Below, in pieces: positions 35,073 through 48,110 of a stretch of DNA of 64,000 nucleotides (position 1 is its first letter; each line of letters begins with the position of its first letter). Source of the DNA: Macrostomum lignano (taxonomy: Eukaryota); assembly GCA_002269645.1 (NCBI GenBank), contig NIVC01000684.1:186001-250000 (forward strand), read 5' to 3'. The position numbers were made by a program, and so were the translations under genes. Below the pieces are notes generated by a model that made no database searches, was not told where the DNA came from, and saw only the letters and a program-made list of their open reading frames with translations.

Positions 35073-35572
35073 TTTTATCTCTCCTCTCCCATCTCTCTTC
35101 TCTCTACTCTCTCCCCTCTTCATTCTCCTCTTTCCTCTTCTCTCTCCTCACTCACTTCTCTCTCCCTGTCTCTCCTCTCTCCTCTAGTCTCTGTAATCTC
35201 TTCTCTCTTATCTCTCCTCTGTTCTCTCTACTCTCCCATCTCTCGTCTGTTCACCCTGATCTCTGCTCTCTCATCTGTCATCTTTACTCTCTTATATGTT
35301 CTCTCACTTATCTCCTCTGTACTCTTCTCTTTCACCTCTTCTGACTCCTCTCTTTCCTTTCTCCTCTTCTCTTCTCTTCTTTTCCCTCTTCTATACTGTC
35401 TCCCTCTCTTGTCTTCTCTCGTCTCTCTGCACTCTCCTCTCACCTTTTTAATCTCTCATCTTTACTCTCTCATCTCTCCTTTCATCTGTCTCATCTCTAC
35501 AATCTCATCTCTTTCCTCTCTCCTCCTCTTCCCTTTACTCTATCATCTCTCCTTTCTCCTCTCTTCTTTCTC

Positions 35573-35623
<51 letters not shown>

Positions 35624-35990
35624 CTTTTATCTCTTATCTCCTCTTCTCACTCCTCTCTCCCCATCTCTCCCCCTCTTATCTCCTCTCTTCTCTATCCTTT
35701 CGAATCTCTCCTCGATCCTCTCTCATCTACCTCTCTGTTCTCTTATCTCTTCTCACTCTTCTCTACTCTCCTCTCTGATCGATCCTGTCTCATCTCTCCC
35801 CTCTTCTCTCTCCATCTTCTCATCTCTACTATTTCCTCTCCCTTCTCTCTCCCCTCCTCTCGCTTCTTCGTCCCATATTCTCTGCTCTCTCCTCAACCCC
35901 CTCGTCTTTCCTGTTATCTTCTATCTTTTCTCTTATCCCCATCTTGCCCCTCCTCCCTATCTAATAGTCTATTCCTTTTCCTTTTCACTC
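34715..35990. repeat. Pyrimidine-rich (CT) low-complexity tract with pure (CT)n cores
   Basis: Directly visible. Confidence 0.95.
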
Positions 35991-36599
35991 TCATCTGGCC
36001 CGCAGCCCTGAGCTGGATTCTTCATCTGGCCTTTGAAATAAAAATCTGCCGATCCCTGCTTCGAAAGTACTATCATAGGATGTAGTACTATCATGGTTGT
36101 TATCATTTCTCATGCTTTAATCACGTAATCTTTCTGGCCAATTAGCAGCCCTGAGAGGAATTTGTGTATCTCCGCATTTCTAAGAAAATACGCATTTTTT
36201 AGCAGGCCATTTAAATTTTAAAGTACCTTATGCGAATCTTAATGTTAAAATTTTCATGGTGTAACTAATTTAGTAGGATAATAGGATTGCATTGTAATCC
36301 ATTATTCATTAATTTTTCGCTATTTTTACAAACCATCCCACATCGCCTTGATTTGCGATCCTTGTTTAACTGCTGGGACTTGTCTATACAGAGGACAGTG
36401 GTTTGAATCTCTGGCTAAACTCTCTCCTCTCCACGCCTCTCCACTCGCGGGGGTACAGAGAAGGCTATTAAAAAGTTATTCCAAAACACTGTACATTCGC
36501 TATGTACATTGAGCCCTATCGCCTGATCCTTTGTCTGGGAGAATAAGTTGGATGAGCGGCAAACAACAGAAAAAGCAGACAGACTTCACATGCCTACAG

Positions 36600-37198
36600 T
36601 TTCTGTTCTGATTAGGTTACAGAGTTGAGACTTTACAATTAGACAGAGAATGAGTCAATAAAAAATTGTGTCAAATTTGAAGTCAATCGCTTCACGTGGA
36701 GCAAACTTATGGCAGCCAAAAGTTAGTCAATTTTGAAACCCTTTTTTCACATCTGGGCCCAGATCAGGATCGGGAAAGAGAGGCAGGCGGGCAGAGGTTG
36801 GGGTGGTTGCTACGCTGAAAAAAACAGCCTAACTTTAAAAGTGCACAGTGTCATTCAAGATTAACTTTAAGACTCGAAATTTTACATGATTGTGTCAAAA
36901 TAGTTGAAGATTTTCTGTGTCAAATTTGAAGAGAATCGGTAGAAGTGGAGCAGTGCTATGGAGGATTAAGTGAAAAAAATTGCGCATTTTGAGCAGTTTT
37001 TTGTACTTTTAGGTAGGAAGACTCAGATTTAGGAAATTTAAAGGTAGTCTAAGACATTCTCCGTGGTAAGTTTAGGGTGGGTGCAAAATTTGGTGTAATT
37101 TGGTTCAGCAGTTTGGGAGTCCATGACTCCATAGCGATCAAAATTGTCCACACACAGACACACAGACACACAGAGTTTTGATTTTTATATGTAGAGAT
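36600..37198 (+). mobile_element. Possible non-autonomous Helitron/Helentron-like interspersed element (boundaries approximate)
   Basis: Repeated TGTGTCAAATTTGAAG..AATCG motifs, AAATTTGG..GGTTCAGCAGTTTG, (CACAGA)n and a TTTTTATATGTAGAGAT end, resembling DINE-1/Lep1-type 3' ends from memory. Confidence 0.35.
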
Positions 37199-38715
37199 AA
37201 TAGCAATAGGCTTAGAGTTATTAAGAAAAGACCTAGGGTCCTAGTAGGCACCTAGCCTTATCTAGGCCTAGACTAGGCCTAGTCTTACTTGATTTTAATG
37301 CTTAAAAAAGACAGAAAATTCTGTATCTTTTAATTGGCTTAATTTTTTGTATATCACCATGTATACCAAATGTTTTAAGTATACCCTGGAAACTTCTAGT
37401 GTACATGCCTTCTTCTAGACTATAAATTATACCTAGTGTTTAAATAAGCAGAAATTGCTCAATGTTTGCTTGTTTAAAATAAGTACTTGCCTTATATAGA
37501 AAAAAATTTAAAAAAGAAATTATGAATTTTAGCTATAAATGAATAAATGCTAGAAACATTTTTTTAATTTTAGTGTTAGTATTTTAGTTTTACAATTATT
37601 TTAATCTTAATATTCAAATAGGCCTAGACAGTTTTTAGACTATAATAAACTTCAAATAAAATATTAAAAAGTTGGAATGGAACTTAAACTAAATGATATA
37701 TAGCTTCGAAAAAACACGATTCCAGGTTTTAAGATATACTAAAATATAAAATATAATATAGGAGACTATGCCACTAATCATGTTAAGTTGACATATATCA
37801 ACTATCAATAAGTCTGCAATATGTTTTTAAGTTTCTAATGTAGTTTTCATAGTTTTATATATTTTGTACTTTATTATAATTTTTCAATATTATTGATAGG
37901 TCTTAGGCAATATCTAGTATGTGCATCTACTACTCTGCAACAGTTTAAAGTGCATTGCACAGCCTTAAGCAGAGGCTAGTGAGAAAAAACTTGAGTAGTT
38001 ACTCGTATAGTTAGAATTGGATTAAAGCTTCCACTTATTGACCACTAGTTTTAAGATAGAAACTTTAATATATTGCTAATTAGGAAGGCTAAATACTTGT
38101 ATCATTTTAACATCTCAAGTCCTATTTTAAAATCAAAATAATGTGCCAAAAAAGAAGTTGTATGTCATGTTTATAGTAAGTAGCAGATTGGACAAAATCA
38201 CATGTTTAGTACAAGTACAAGCAAGCGCACAATTCCACTATAATGGAATATTAATCATAATCTACATTATTAATTTTGGTGATCTCAATTGATGGTTTGA
38301 CACTTGGCTTCGAGTGCTTAAATGTCTAGGCCACTTTTTAGTTCATAACTGCAACTACAACTACAACTACTTCAAGGCCACTTTTTAGTTCATAACTGCA
38401 ACTACAACTACAACTACTTCATATACTGCTGCTTTAGTTAGAAAATAGACAGGTTGGACCATAGAATAACATGCGGATTCCTGACTTAGAAACTTCACTG
38501 CGAGACCAGCACATCCGAAATTAAGTTTCGTCAAAGACAGAGAGCCAGCATAATCTAGTTGTCAGAAATTTTTGCATCGTCTATGGCCCAACCTGTTTTA
38601 ATTCTATATAGGCTTTCAACCTTAGATGTACGCTTTTAAGTTGTATTCCAGGACTAAAGGCTAAAATTCCTATTCCAGCTAGGTAGAAATTAATCGAAGT
38701 TAAAAAGAAAACAAG

Positions 38716-39150
38716 ATGGCAACAAATCCAAATCCTTCCCTCGATGTGGAACTCGACGAAGAGGCCAAACTGTGCCAGAAATATCCCAACCTGAGTCGCA
38801 AAGGCATTGGAGCCTCGGCTCTACAAAAACGGCTCAGCGGTAAAGGTCCGAAGTACTTTGATAGCGGAGATTATAACATGGCTAGAGCTAAGATTTCTAA
38901 TCAGCATCAGGCAGCGGAAGTTGAAGTGGATGCCATGGCCAATAATGATGCAACAGACTCTGCTCCGGCAGCCGAGGTGCGTCTTCTAGAAGAAGTGACT
39001 GGCGACACAATTCCAACGCTGGATAATATTCCTGTGCCAACTGGGCGAAAGAGATCGCTGACGTCTGGGAATTTGGATCTGCCGCATCAGATTACTCATC
39101 CAGATGCTACGGTTGTGCAGCAGCATCAGCAGCACCAGCAGCAGGCTTAA
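38716..39150 (+). CDS. ENSA: Alpha-endosulfine / ARPP-19 family, intronless, 144 aa
   Basis: EEAKLCQKYP..LQKRL..GPKYFDSGDYNMARAK with the Greatwall site FDSGDY; RKRS basic site near the C-terminus. Confidence 0.93.
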   Translation: MATNPNPSLDVELDEEAKLCQKYPNLSRKGIGASALQKRLSGKGPKYFDSGDYNMARAKISNQHQAAEVEVDAMANNDATDSAPAAEVRLLEEVTGDTIPTLDNIPVPTGRKRSLTSGNLDLPHQITHPDATVVQQHQQHQQQA

Positions 39151-39499
39151 AAAACACGTGAACAAAATTGTTTAAACTCACTTTTCAAGAGGTGCTCTGC
39201 TCAGAAAATAAACTACATATGTATATTGATTTTTAAGGACCGTTTCTCGCTTGACAGTGTCTTCTAAAATTCACAATCAATCAGATTCTTTGCTTCAACA
39301 TTTTTGTAGAAATTCGCCATTTCTCCATTGTTTTTTTAATAATTGATTAATTGACTCGGATTCTTTCTGACACGCTGCTGCTTTAGAACCAAGATTCTTT
39401 TTTAGGGTTTTGCGCAAGAAAAAAATTTGCTAATTTTCTGAACTTCCTTATTTTTATAATATCATTTAAAATTTAAAAGAGCATACATATGTTTAAATT

Positions 39500-39805
39500 T
39501 GGGTTGGGAGTGAAGTCGGTGTATAATGAGGCAAGGGAGTGAGGTGGTTGTAAAAAAAGGCAGGGAGTGAGTTGGGTGTACAATGGGGCAGGGAGTGAGG
39601 TGGGTGTACAATGGGGCAGGGAGTGAGGTGGGTGTACAATAGGGCAGGGAGTGAGGTGGTGTGCAATGGAATAAGGAGTGAAGTCGGTGTACAATGAGGC
39701 AGGAAGTGAGGTGGTTGTAAAAAAAGGCGGGGAGTGAGGTGGTGTACAATGGGGCAGGGAGTGAGGTGGGTGTACAATGGGGCAGGGAGTGATGGTGTAC
39801 AATTG
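39500..39805. repeat. ~28-31-bp G-rich minisatellite (GGGCAGGGAGTGAGGTGGGTGTACAAT)
   Basis: About 10 imperfect copies. Confidence 0.85.
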
Positions 39806-40643
39806 TCAGGGAGTAAGACGAAAGTATAACTGAACGGTTTGCTATTTCTATTAGTAAATCTGCATGTATGGTAAAGCATCAAATTATGTAACTTTAAAGG
39901 TTCTTGTGTCGATGCAAAATGGCATAAGCATATTTAGTCGAGTTTTTTACGAGACAACCGCACGAAATTTAAGAAAATTGATTTTTTATTCTGACGGACT
40001 GCATTATCGATATAACATTGTTTGTACTACCCCTGTTTTCTTTGCATTATAAACAACTGTTTGGTGATGTATTGTTGGACCTATTGCTAATTAAGCTTTA
40101 TATATTTTGAATATTGATGCCGTTGTATATCCCAGTGTTTTATTCAATAAAAATCTGCTTTTGTTTTTCAGGTTGCAGCAGTTCTGGCAGATCATATGTA
40201 GTTTATCAGTATCGAAGTGCACTACTTGTTAGTAGGCTAAACTGATTATTTAATGTCTTTATATTATTAATTTCCTCCTTTAATCAATAGCCATACTTTT
40301 CGTAGTTTATTAGCTAAAAAAACTAGATTATAAACAGAAGGCGTGTAGTCATAAATCGCAGAAGTTAGTCGCGAAGCATTTTTAACATTTAATGAGTCTA
40401 CAACACTGCCATCAATATGACTGCCGACTAAAATTAGTTAAGGGCTGGTGTTTAGGTTTAGATTTGGGTTTAAGAATTAGGGGTTTTAATTAGGGTCGTG
40501 GTTTAGGTTAGGCTTTGTCAATTTGCCCTAGACCCACATGACACAGCATGTATCCAACGGAAAAGGACTAAACAAAGACGAAGAAGACAGACGGAACAAA
40601 GACTACCCTAGCTTGAATGTGTTGCACACATGTACACGCGAAT

Positions 40644-43600
40644 TCACTCTGATCCCAGCGTGAAGCTAGGCGAGTTGCCTTGCTGGCGTCTCCTCCAGGA
40701 AGCGCGGCTTTGATCGCTCTCTTCGGAGAAACCGGAGGCTGCAAAAGACATTTGCTGGTCATGCCGTCTCCAGTTTGTTAAATCGCGCCGCGTCTCTTGA
40801 TGCTCCTCCAGACTGAAGATGTCGCTGCCTGACTCGCTACTCGACTGGTCTTGCCGATTTCCTTGACAACTGGGCGAAGAGTCGACCGGGTGATTGAGCT
40901 CGGCAGTAGAAACTGCCTGCAGAGGTCCCGATCCGCTGCCAGCCTTCATCAGCAGGTGACAGGTCCGGCAGATTCTGCGCGGTTTATTGCCTTGAGCCGG
41001 CAGGACTGTGCGTTCGTTTGAGCAGCTGGCGCATATCAGGTTGCCGCATCTGCGACAGTGATGCTGGATAGGATTGGTTTCGTTTGATAGCATTGATTGT
41101 AATGGTTATCATTGTGTAGCTATGCGATCGAGGGTAATCCCATAGGTACTCTGTTTTGGTTTGTAACTTTTTATCATGCAGGTTCGATGACCTTGAGCAG
41201 CATTGCATAATTTGGAATGAACTTAAACCCTGGCGCAATTTAAGCGACATTGTCACACAACCGGCGAGAGGCATTACTGCCCCCATTCCGCCGACTCCCC
41301 TGAGCAGGCACACAAGCGCGCGGATACGTACGCAGTCATACGCACAGGCACACACTCACACAGGAGTGTACAGCGGAACTAACTTTATTTATCGTTAGGC
41401 ATGTACACTTCACTGTGCCTGGGGGGGTTGGCCCTCAAGCTGGGCGTTAATTGCACGAGCAGAGCCAAGCGGAGATTCCAATTGAAACATGGAAAAGTCG
41501 CCACTCTATGCGCCATGCAGTGAGCAATTTCTCTTGGACTATTCTGAAAAAAGATACGAGAACTGAGGGGTAGCTTTAATCCGTCCAAGCCTTGCACACC
41601 GCTCCCCACTTCATTCCCCAACTCCAGTCAGCCGCGGCGTAGCTGAGTTGCGTCACTCGCAAAGATTGAGAGACTTTACCTGCACTCTCAAAAGTGGCGA
41701 CCACAGACGGAATCTTCTGTGATGGCAACTGTTCGATGTTGCTGAGTATAAGTCCAGTTGCTGCTTCCAATCACTGTGCATCGCCTTTTATGTGTTCACG
41801 TCTCTTGATTGATCACTCTGTTCCAAGTTTGAATGAATATTTATTCGCATTCACTATTCACCGTTTGTTCGAGGTCTATCACCTGGTCTAGAATTACAAA
41901 CCAATGCAGACTTTTGGGATGACTATCTTACATGTAGTACAAGTCAGTAGGTGTCGTGTTTTAGATGAATATATACTCAGCAACAGTCAAAAGTTCCACC
42001 CTCCAAATTGCGAAAACTTCACACTCACAATTCAACCCTCAAGTTACGCAACTAAGCCGCCCCGAGGAAGGGAAAGTTGATTGACTATCAATACTCGTAG
42101 TAAACGTCAGTCGCACAAAATCATAAATTTTTTATGCAATATTCAGTTAGAATCGCGATGCGTGTGGGATCCCCTCGCACGCAGAAGTGCGACGACTCTG
42201 CGGGGCATCCCAAGGATGAGGCAGCGCAGAAAGTCCTGAGGGAGCTGCTCCAAAGCGTTTTCAATGGCATGACGCAGAGCTCTCCGCAACATTCTATGGT
42301 GGATTCTCTTTTCGAATGCTACGTTTTAGGAAGTCCCAGACATGCTCGATGGGATTCATGTCTGGGGACCGGGAAGGCCAGCGCAGAGTGCGCAGCTGTA
42401 GCTGTTCCTTCAGTTGACTAACAGCATCGGCTTGGTGTGGCGGGGCGTTGTTCCTGGGCTTGGGTCTGCTTAATGTCCAGGCCTGGACCAGATGGGATGT
42501 CAGATTGGTCTTAGGTGATAATGTCAGATAGGTCTTAGGTAATGGTGCCAGATAGGTCTTAGGTAATGATGTCAGATAGGTCTTAGGTAATGGTGTCAGA
42601 TAGGTCTTAGTTGATGATGTCAGATACGTCTTAGCTGATCATGTCAGATTATTAGTCAAGATTTAAAGTAGTTCTGTCAAATCAGAGCTAGTTTAAACAT
42701 GCATAAAAAGTTCACGAACTGTTTAACTGTAAAAATATTTAATCAAATCGTCATTGTAAGTAACCAGCTACAGCTACACTACTTCTGGTTCGTTAAAAGC
42801 ATTAAAATAGATACTTTGGTAATGAAATTTGCTAAAATAGGCAATACTTTACATGTAGCTATGCCTGTAGACTGAAGTGTACGCGTGCTTTCAATCTAGA
42901 CCCCCCCCACCCGCTTTTTCCCGAGGTCTTACACACAGAGGTCTAGTTATCAACCTTCATTGCTGACTTCACATGGGCTGTGCAAGTTTAAAGCGTATTA
43001 AAAGGATGCAACAGAACTTACAGAAGTAAGTATAATGATGCTAGATTAGTATCTGTTTAGTTTTAAAAGCATCACCATCAGAGTGTACTAGCAAACGTGT
43101 TCCATGCAGAATAGTTCTCGCATAGCTGCATAACTTCGCAGCGAAGCTTTCTTTCGAAATCAGAAATACTGTTGTGAATTGACATAAAACCTGCAGATTA
43201 AACTTTTTAAGAAAACTTAAAAAAACCATCGACTATTTAGGTAAAAAATTCTAATAGGAAAGCTGATAATAATTGTTGTTAAGACATAGGCAAGATGCAA
43301 TTAGAAACAGCCAACCAAGATGCCACTAGATGGACCATCAATATGCCACTATAGATGGACAACCAAGATGCCACTAGATGGAAAACCAAGATGCCACTAG
43401 ATGGACCATCAAGATGCCACTAGATGGACAACCAAGATGCCACTAGATGGACAACCAAGATGCCACTAGATGGACAACCAAGATGCCACTAGATGGACCA
43501 TCAATATGCCACTAGATGGACCATCAAGATGCCACTAGATGGACCATCAATATGCTACTAGATGGACCATCAATATGCCACTAGATGGACCATCAATATG

Positions 43601-45225
43601 CCACTAGATGGACCATCAAGATGCAAATAGATGGACAATCAAGATGCAAATAGATGGACAATCAAGATGCCACTAGATGGACCATCAAGATGCCACTAGA
43701 TGGACAACCAAAATGCCACTAGATGGACAATCAAGATGCCACTAGATGGACAATCAAGATGCAAATAGATGGACAATCAAGATGCAAATAGATGGACAAT
43801 CAAGATGCAAATAGATGGACAATCAAGATGCAAATAGATGGACAACCAGGGTGCCACCAGATGGACAACCAATTAGATGCCACTAAATTGACAATCAACC
43901 AAGATGCCACTAAATTAAAATCAACCAAGATGCCCCTAGATGGACCATCAACATGCTACTACTTAAATTGACAATCCAGAGGCTGACCATGTCATGTTGC
44001 AACCAAGCTGCAATCAGCAGAAGCAGCAAAAGTTCTATAACAATCGACTCACCCGTCGATTAACCAATGAGAATTTCTGCTGACAGCTCATACACGCAGC
44101 GTGCAGTCCGTCTGGCACCCACATGGGTATCAAATCGTGCTCCAGAGTGCCTCGAGGAAGCTGGGTTGAGTTCGCAGCTGGCACTACGGTGCCGCCGCTG
44201 CACCTGGCAACGCAGCGCTTGATGCTGTCAATCCATTTTGCCGCCTCTTGTTCGGTGTTGGTTCGAACGGTGAAGGATTTTTTCTTTGATATGATCTGCA
44301 GGTAGATTTGGCTTGTCAAGGTGACTTGTTTTGGATTATAAAGCGATTAGAATTGTTGCTCAGCTCATCGAGTTAGTGTTTATACTTCAGCCTCATGAAC
44401 CAGCCTCATCAATCAGCCACCTCATCAAGCAACTTCATCAAACCAGACTCATCCATCAATCAACTTCATTTATCAGCCTCATTGATCAGCCTTAGCAACT
44501 AGCATCATCAACCATTCTCACATACAAGCCTCATCCGTCAATCAGCCTCATCAATAAATCAGTCTCATCAATCAATCAGCCTCATAAATCAATCAGTCTC
44601 ATCAATCATCAGTCTCATTAATCAATCAGTCTCATCAATCATCAGTCTCATCAATCAATCAGTCTCATCAATCAATCAGCCTCATCAATCAATCAGTCTC
44701 ATCAATCAATCATCTTTATCAACCAACCAGCCTCATCAACCAGCCTCGTCAACCAGCCTCATCGATCAGCCTCATCAATCAATCAGCTTTAATGAGCCTA
44801 ACCTTACTCGAACTCTCATGCTAAAAAAGTTCAAGATTTTCGAGTGTTGCAGAGCCCCCTTCTACTTTAGCTGCCAATAACTGAATACCTCGAAGCAATT
44901 GGGATCTGATTCGAGCTTGTTGGCTGCCAGGCACTTCAGCTCCAGAACCCGCTGCTTGCTAAGCCTCTTGGCGCCGTCACCTTTCCCCGGACTGCCATAA
45001 ACCAGCAAGTCGTTGAATAGGAAAAAATGTCGTCTTTTCGGCCGGTTGCCGCGCATTTTGACGAGCACACCTTCGGCTAGTAGGACCCGGCCACGCCGGT
45101 GCAGGGGTATGCTGTTTCTGCAGCCGCTGCTGAACCGCATTTCGATCTGACGGATTCTCTGCACGTTGATTTCCTTGAGTGCTGAAAGTGATGAGGAGTG
45201 TCTATAGCTCAGTTTTTTTAGGAGG
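40644..45225 (-). CDS. PLEKHF2: PH + FYVE domain protein (phafin-like); exons ~45225-44889, 44295-44053, 41063-40644; start codon/upstream exon not located
   Basis: GRVLLAEGVLVKM..PKRRHFFLFNDLLVYG; KKSFTV..WIDSIKRCV; WVPD..CMSCQQKFSLVNRR|HHCRRCGNLICASCS..PRRICRTC; both introns GT-AG phase 0. Confidence 0.88.
41228..41484 (-). mobile_element. Internal fragment of SINE lineage A (head and tail missing)
   Basis: High similarity to the body of the 32619-32978 and 55322-55653 copies. Confidence 0.85.
41974..42457 (-). mobile_element. 3' part of a Tc1-like transposon: transposase C-terminus plus terminal TIR
   Basis: NNAPPHQA..WPSRSPDMNPIEHVWDFLKRSIRKENPP*..LRHAIENALEQLPQDFLRCLILGMPRRVVALLRARGSHT; TIR TACTCAGCAACAGTCAAAAGTTCCACCCT preceded by TA at 41972-41973. 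Confidence 0.9.
42495..42650. repeat. 24-bp minisatellite (GTCAGATAGGTCTTAGGTAATGAT)
   Basis: About 6 copies. Confidence 0.85.
43312..43960. repeat. 23-bp minisatellite (AAGATGCCACTAGATGGACMAYC)
   Basis: Tandem copies. Confidence 0.93.
44390..44790. repeat. Degenerate (TCATCAATCAATCAGYC)-type repeat in PH-FYVE intron
   Basis: Imperfect tandem copies. Confidence 0.8.
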
Positions 45226-45504
45226 CTGCCGATTAAAGTTAAATTTGATACAATTAATTGCAAATTAAATAATACCTACACAGAGCTTCAAAGTCTGGCG
45301 CTGTCATTCTTTTCTATTCGTCAGTTTTGAACATTAATCACTCTCTTCGTCTCTTCGTGCCAAAGTTATTAAACGATTTTAAATTTGCACGCATTTGTCG
45401 TTCAAACGAATTAATGTGTTACACTGAAATTTCCGGGTTTATTGACTGCGAGACATTTTTTCTTAGGAAAACTAATTCTACGGTACACTTGCGAATCGCA
45501 GATC

Positions 45505-46560
45505 ATGAGATGCCATTTCATCTTGATGGAGTGCCATTTCATATTGATGGAGTGCCATTTCATCTTGATGGAGTGCCATTTCATATGATGGAGTACCATT
45601 TCATATTGATGGAGTGCCATTTCATCTTGATGGAGTGCCATTTCATATTGATGGAGTGCCATTTTATTTGATGGAGTGCCATTTAATTTGATGGAGCGCC
45701 ATTTCATTTTGATGGAGTGCCATTTCATTTGATGAGGTGCCATTTCATGTGATGGAGTGCCATTTCATTCGATGGAGTGCCATTTCATATGATAGAGTGC
45801 CATTTCATATGATGGTGTGCCAGTTTATATTGATGGAGTGCCATTTCATATGATGGAGTGCCATTTCGTATGATGGAGTGCCATTTCATTTGATGGAGTG
45901 CCATTTCATTCGATGGAGTGCCATTTCATTCGATGGAGTGCCATTTCATTTGATGGAGTGCCATTTCATTCGATGGAGTGCCATTTCATTCGATGGAGTG
46001 CCATTTCATATTGATGGAGTTCCAGTTTATATTGATGGAGTGCCATTTCATTCGATGGAGTGCCATTTCATATTGATGGAGTGCCATTTCATATTGATGG
46101 AGTGCCATTTCATATGATGGAGTGCCATTTCATACATGTATGATGGAGTGCCATTTCATACATGTATGATGGAGTGCCATTTCATATTGATGGAGTGTCA
46201 GTTTGTATTGATTGAGTGCCAGTTTATATTGATGGAGTGCCATTTCATTTGATGGAGTGCCATTTCATATGATGGAATGCCATTTCATATGATGGAATGC
46301 CATTTCATTTGATGGAGTGCCGTTTCATTTGATTAAGGGTGATTTCATTTTATGTGGTGCCATTTAATCTGATAGGGTGTCATTTCACTTGATGGAGTGC
46401 CATTTATTCTATTTGAGGGGTGTCATTCACTTGATAGAGTGCCATTTCATTTGATTAAGTGTGATTCCATTTAATTAAGTGTGATTCCATTTGATGGAGT
46501 GCCATTAATTCCATTTGATGGAGTGCATTCATTCCATTTGATAGAGTGTCATTTCATCTG
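45505..46560. repeat. 20/21-bp minisatellite (GATGGAGTGCCATTTCATWT)
   Basis: Tandem copies, degenerating toward 46560. Confidence 0.93.
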
Positions 46561-46989
46561 ATGGATTGCCATTACTTCAGCCGCTAACGCAAGGGAATGC
46601 AATATAACCCGTGCAGATTCCTGCATAATATGTGGCTCTGATTTTGGCCAGATAACCTCTGTCTCAATAACATTGTCTGGTGTGGCCAAAATCCAGGCCT
46701 TGATAATTAAGTGAGCAATTATTAATTTGATTTTCGCTGACGAAATCATTTTTAAACCCGAAATTCGGTTCAAATGCTGGGTTAGAATGGGGGCGACTAT
46801 TTTTTGTGCCTTCTAATTTAATCGCAAGGCTTAACGACAACGTGAACATGTGCAGTCGTAGGACTCTATACTGGGGTTTCTTAGAAAAAAATCTGGATCG
46901 CATTTGAAGCCAGTGCATTTAGAGCCACTTGGTTTGGCCATAGACATCGGCCGCTGGCAAATATCGTTGGGTGAAACCCTCGGTTCAAC

Positions 46990-47199
46990 ATTGTCATACG
47001 ATATAGAAGTCCGTCTTTCGTGTTCTTTGGATTTCCCAGGGAAATGCGTTATTTGGATTTTTTAGAATATATATTGGCCAGATATATACGAGTATATATA
47101 TATACATCTGGCCAATATATATTCTAAAAAATCCAAATAACGCATTTCCCTGGGAAATCCAAAGAACACGAAAGACAAACTTCTATATCGTATGACAAT
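46990..47199. repeat. Near-perfect long inverted repeat (arms ~94 bp, ~22-bp AT-rich spacer)
   Basis: 46990-47083 is the reverse complement of 47106-47199 with 2 mismatches. Confidence 0.92.
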
Positions 47200-47234
47200 A
47201 TGACAATATGACAATATATATATATATATATATA

Positions 47235-47501
47235 CACTCAGCAACATTGAAAAGTTTCCACCCTCGCGCCAGCCGTGTATATTTAGAGTTTCAAAACTGG
47301 TTTTTGTCGCCAGACTCGTGCCATAGACGATTGATGATTTCGTCAACACGCACTTGGGCCATAGACAAAAACTTGGGTCATAGACGCCAGACAGGTCGAA
47401 GGAAACAGTCACATGGAGCAGACAGCAGCAGCTTACAGGAGTCTAAAATCCACGTTGACCCTTCGCGCGCTAGGGTGGAAACTTTTCAATGTTGCTGAGT
47501 G
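47235..47501. mobile_element. Tc1-family MITE, 267 bp
   Basis: 30-bp perfect TIR CACTCAGCAACATTGAAAAGTTTCCACCCT; TA flanks; TIR resembles the Tc1 ends at 41974 and 2315. Confidence 0.88.
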
Positions 47502-47667
47502 TATATCTATGGCCAAGCCAAATTTATGAAATTTAGCAAACGAATTCAATTGGTGTTGGATAATAGGATGAACAACAAAGTTGAAAAGAAAACTGTCAAG
47601 AACAACAACTTGTCCCTTAATTGAGAAACTCATAGCACTTTTCAGTTCAGAACATTGCTCATTATTT

Positions 47668-48110
47668 TTAGTAGATGTTGAAGGTGCAGCCGCTGAACTC
47701 TCCACTGAAGCCACCAGACGATGATGATGTTGCAACAGACGACGCAGTCAGGCCATTGGCGGCAAGCGCTGCACTGCCGCCTGCGTTGGTGCACTGTCCA
47801 CTACGACTGATCGTATCAGATATGTTGGACAGTCGTGACTTCTTCTTGAAACAACAGAATTCGATGACCAGTCACGTGACCAATGTCCTCCAATGAAAAT
47901 CCGGCATTGTGCAGCTCCGTGACATTGATGCAATGATACCTCCTCGACAGTCCGGCCTGCTCCGAAATGGTCTGCATCATCGTGCCCAGCGTGTTGTGTC
48001 TAAAGGGCTGCTTGCCGAAAGTACCACGAGTTTGATGTAGGTTTCGTCCTTGACCGCAGAAAGACTGCACTGCTCGTAACACCTTCCAAGTGCTTAGCAG
48101 TCGAAATCTT
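47668..48110 (-). pseudogene. Crypton-type tyrosine recombinase (DUF3504-like) C-terminal remnant
   Basis: KQPFRHNTLGTMMQTISEQAGLSRRYHCINVTELHNAGFSLEDIGHVTGHR then, after frameshift, ...GGFSGEFSGCTFNIY*; fits the Crypton/DUF3504 pattern P.G.NTL..MM..IS..AGL...YTNHS.RAT.(I/V)T.L..AG.....I...TGH; catalytic Arg/Tyr region damaged. Confidence 0.72.
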
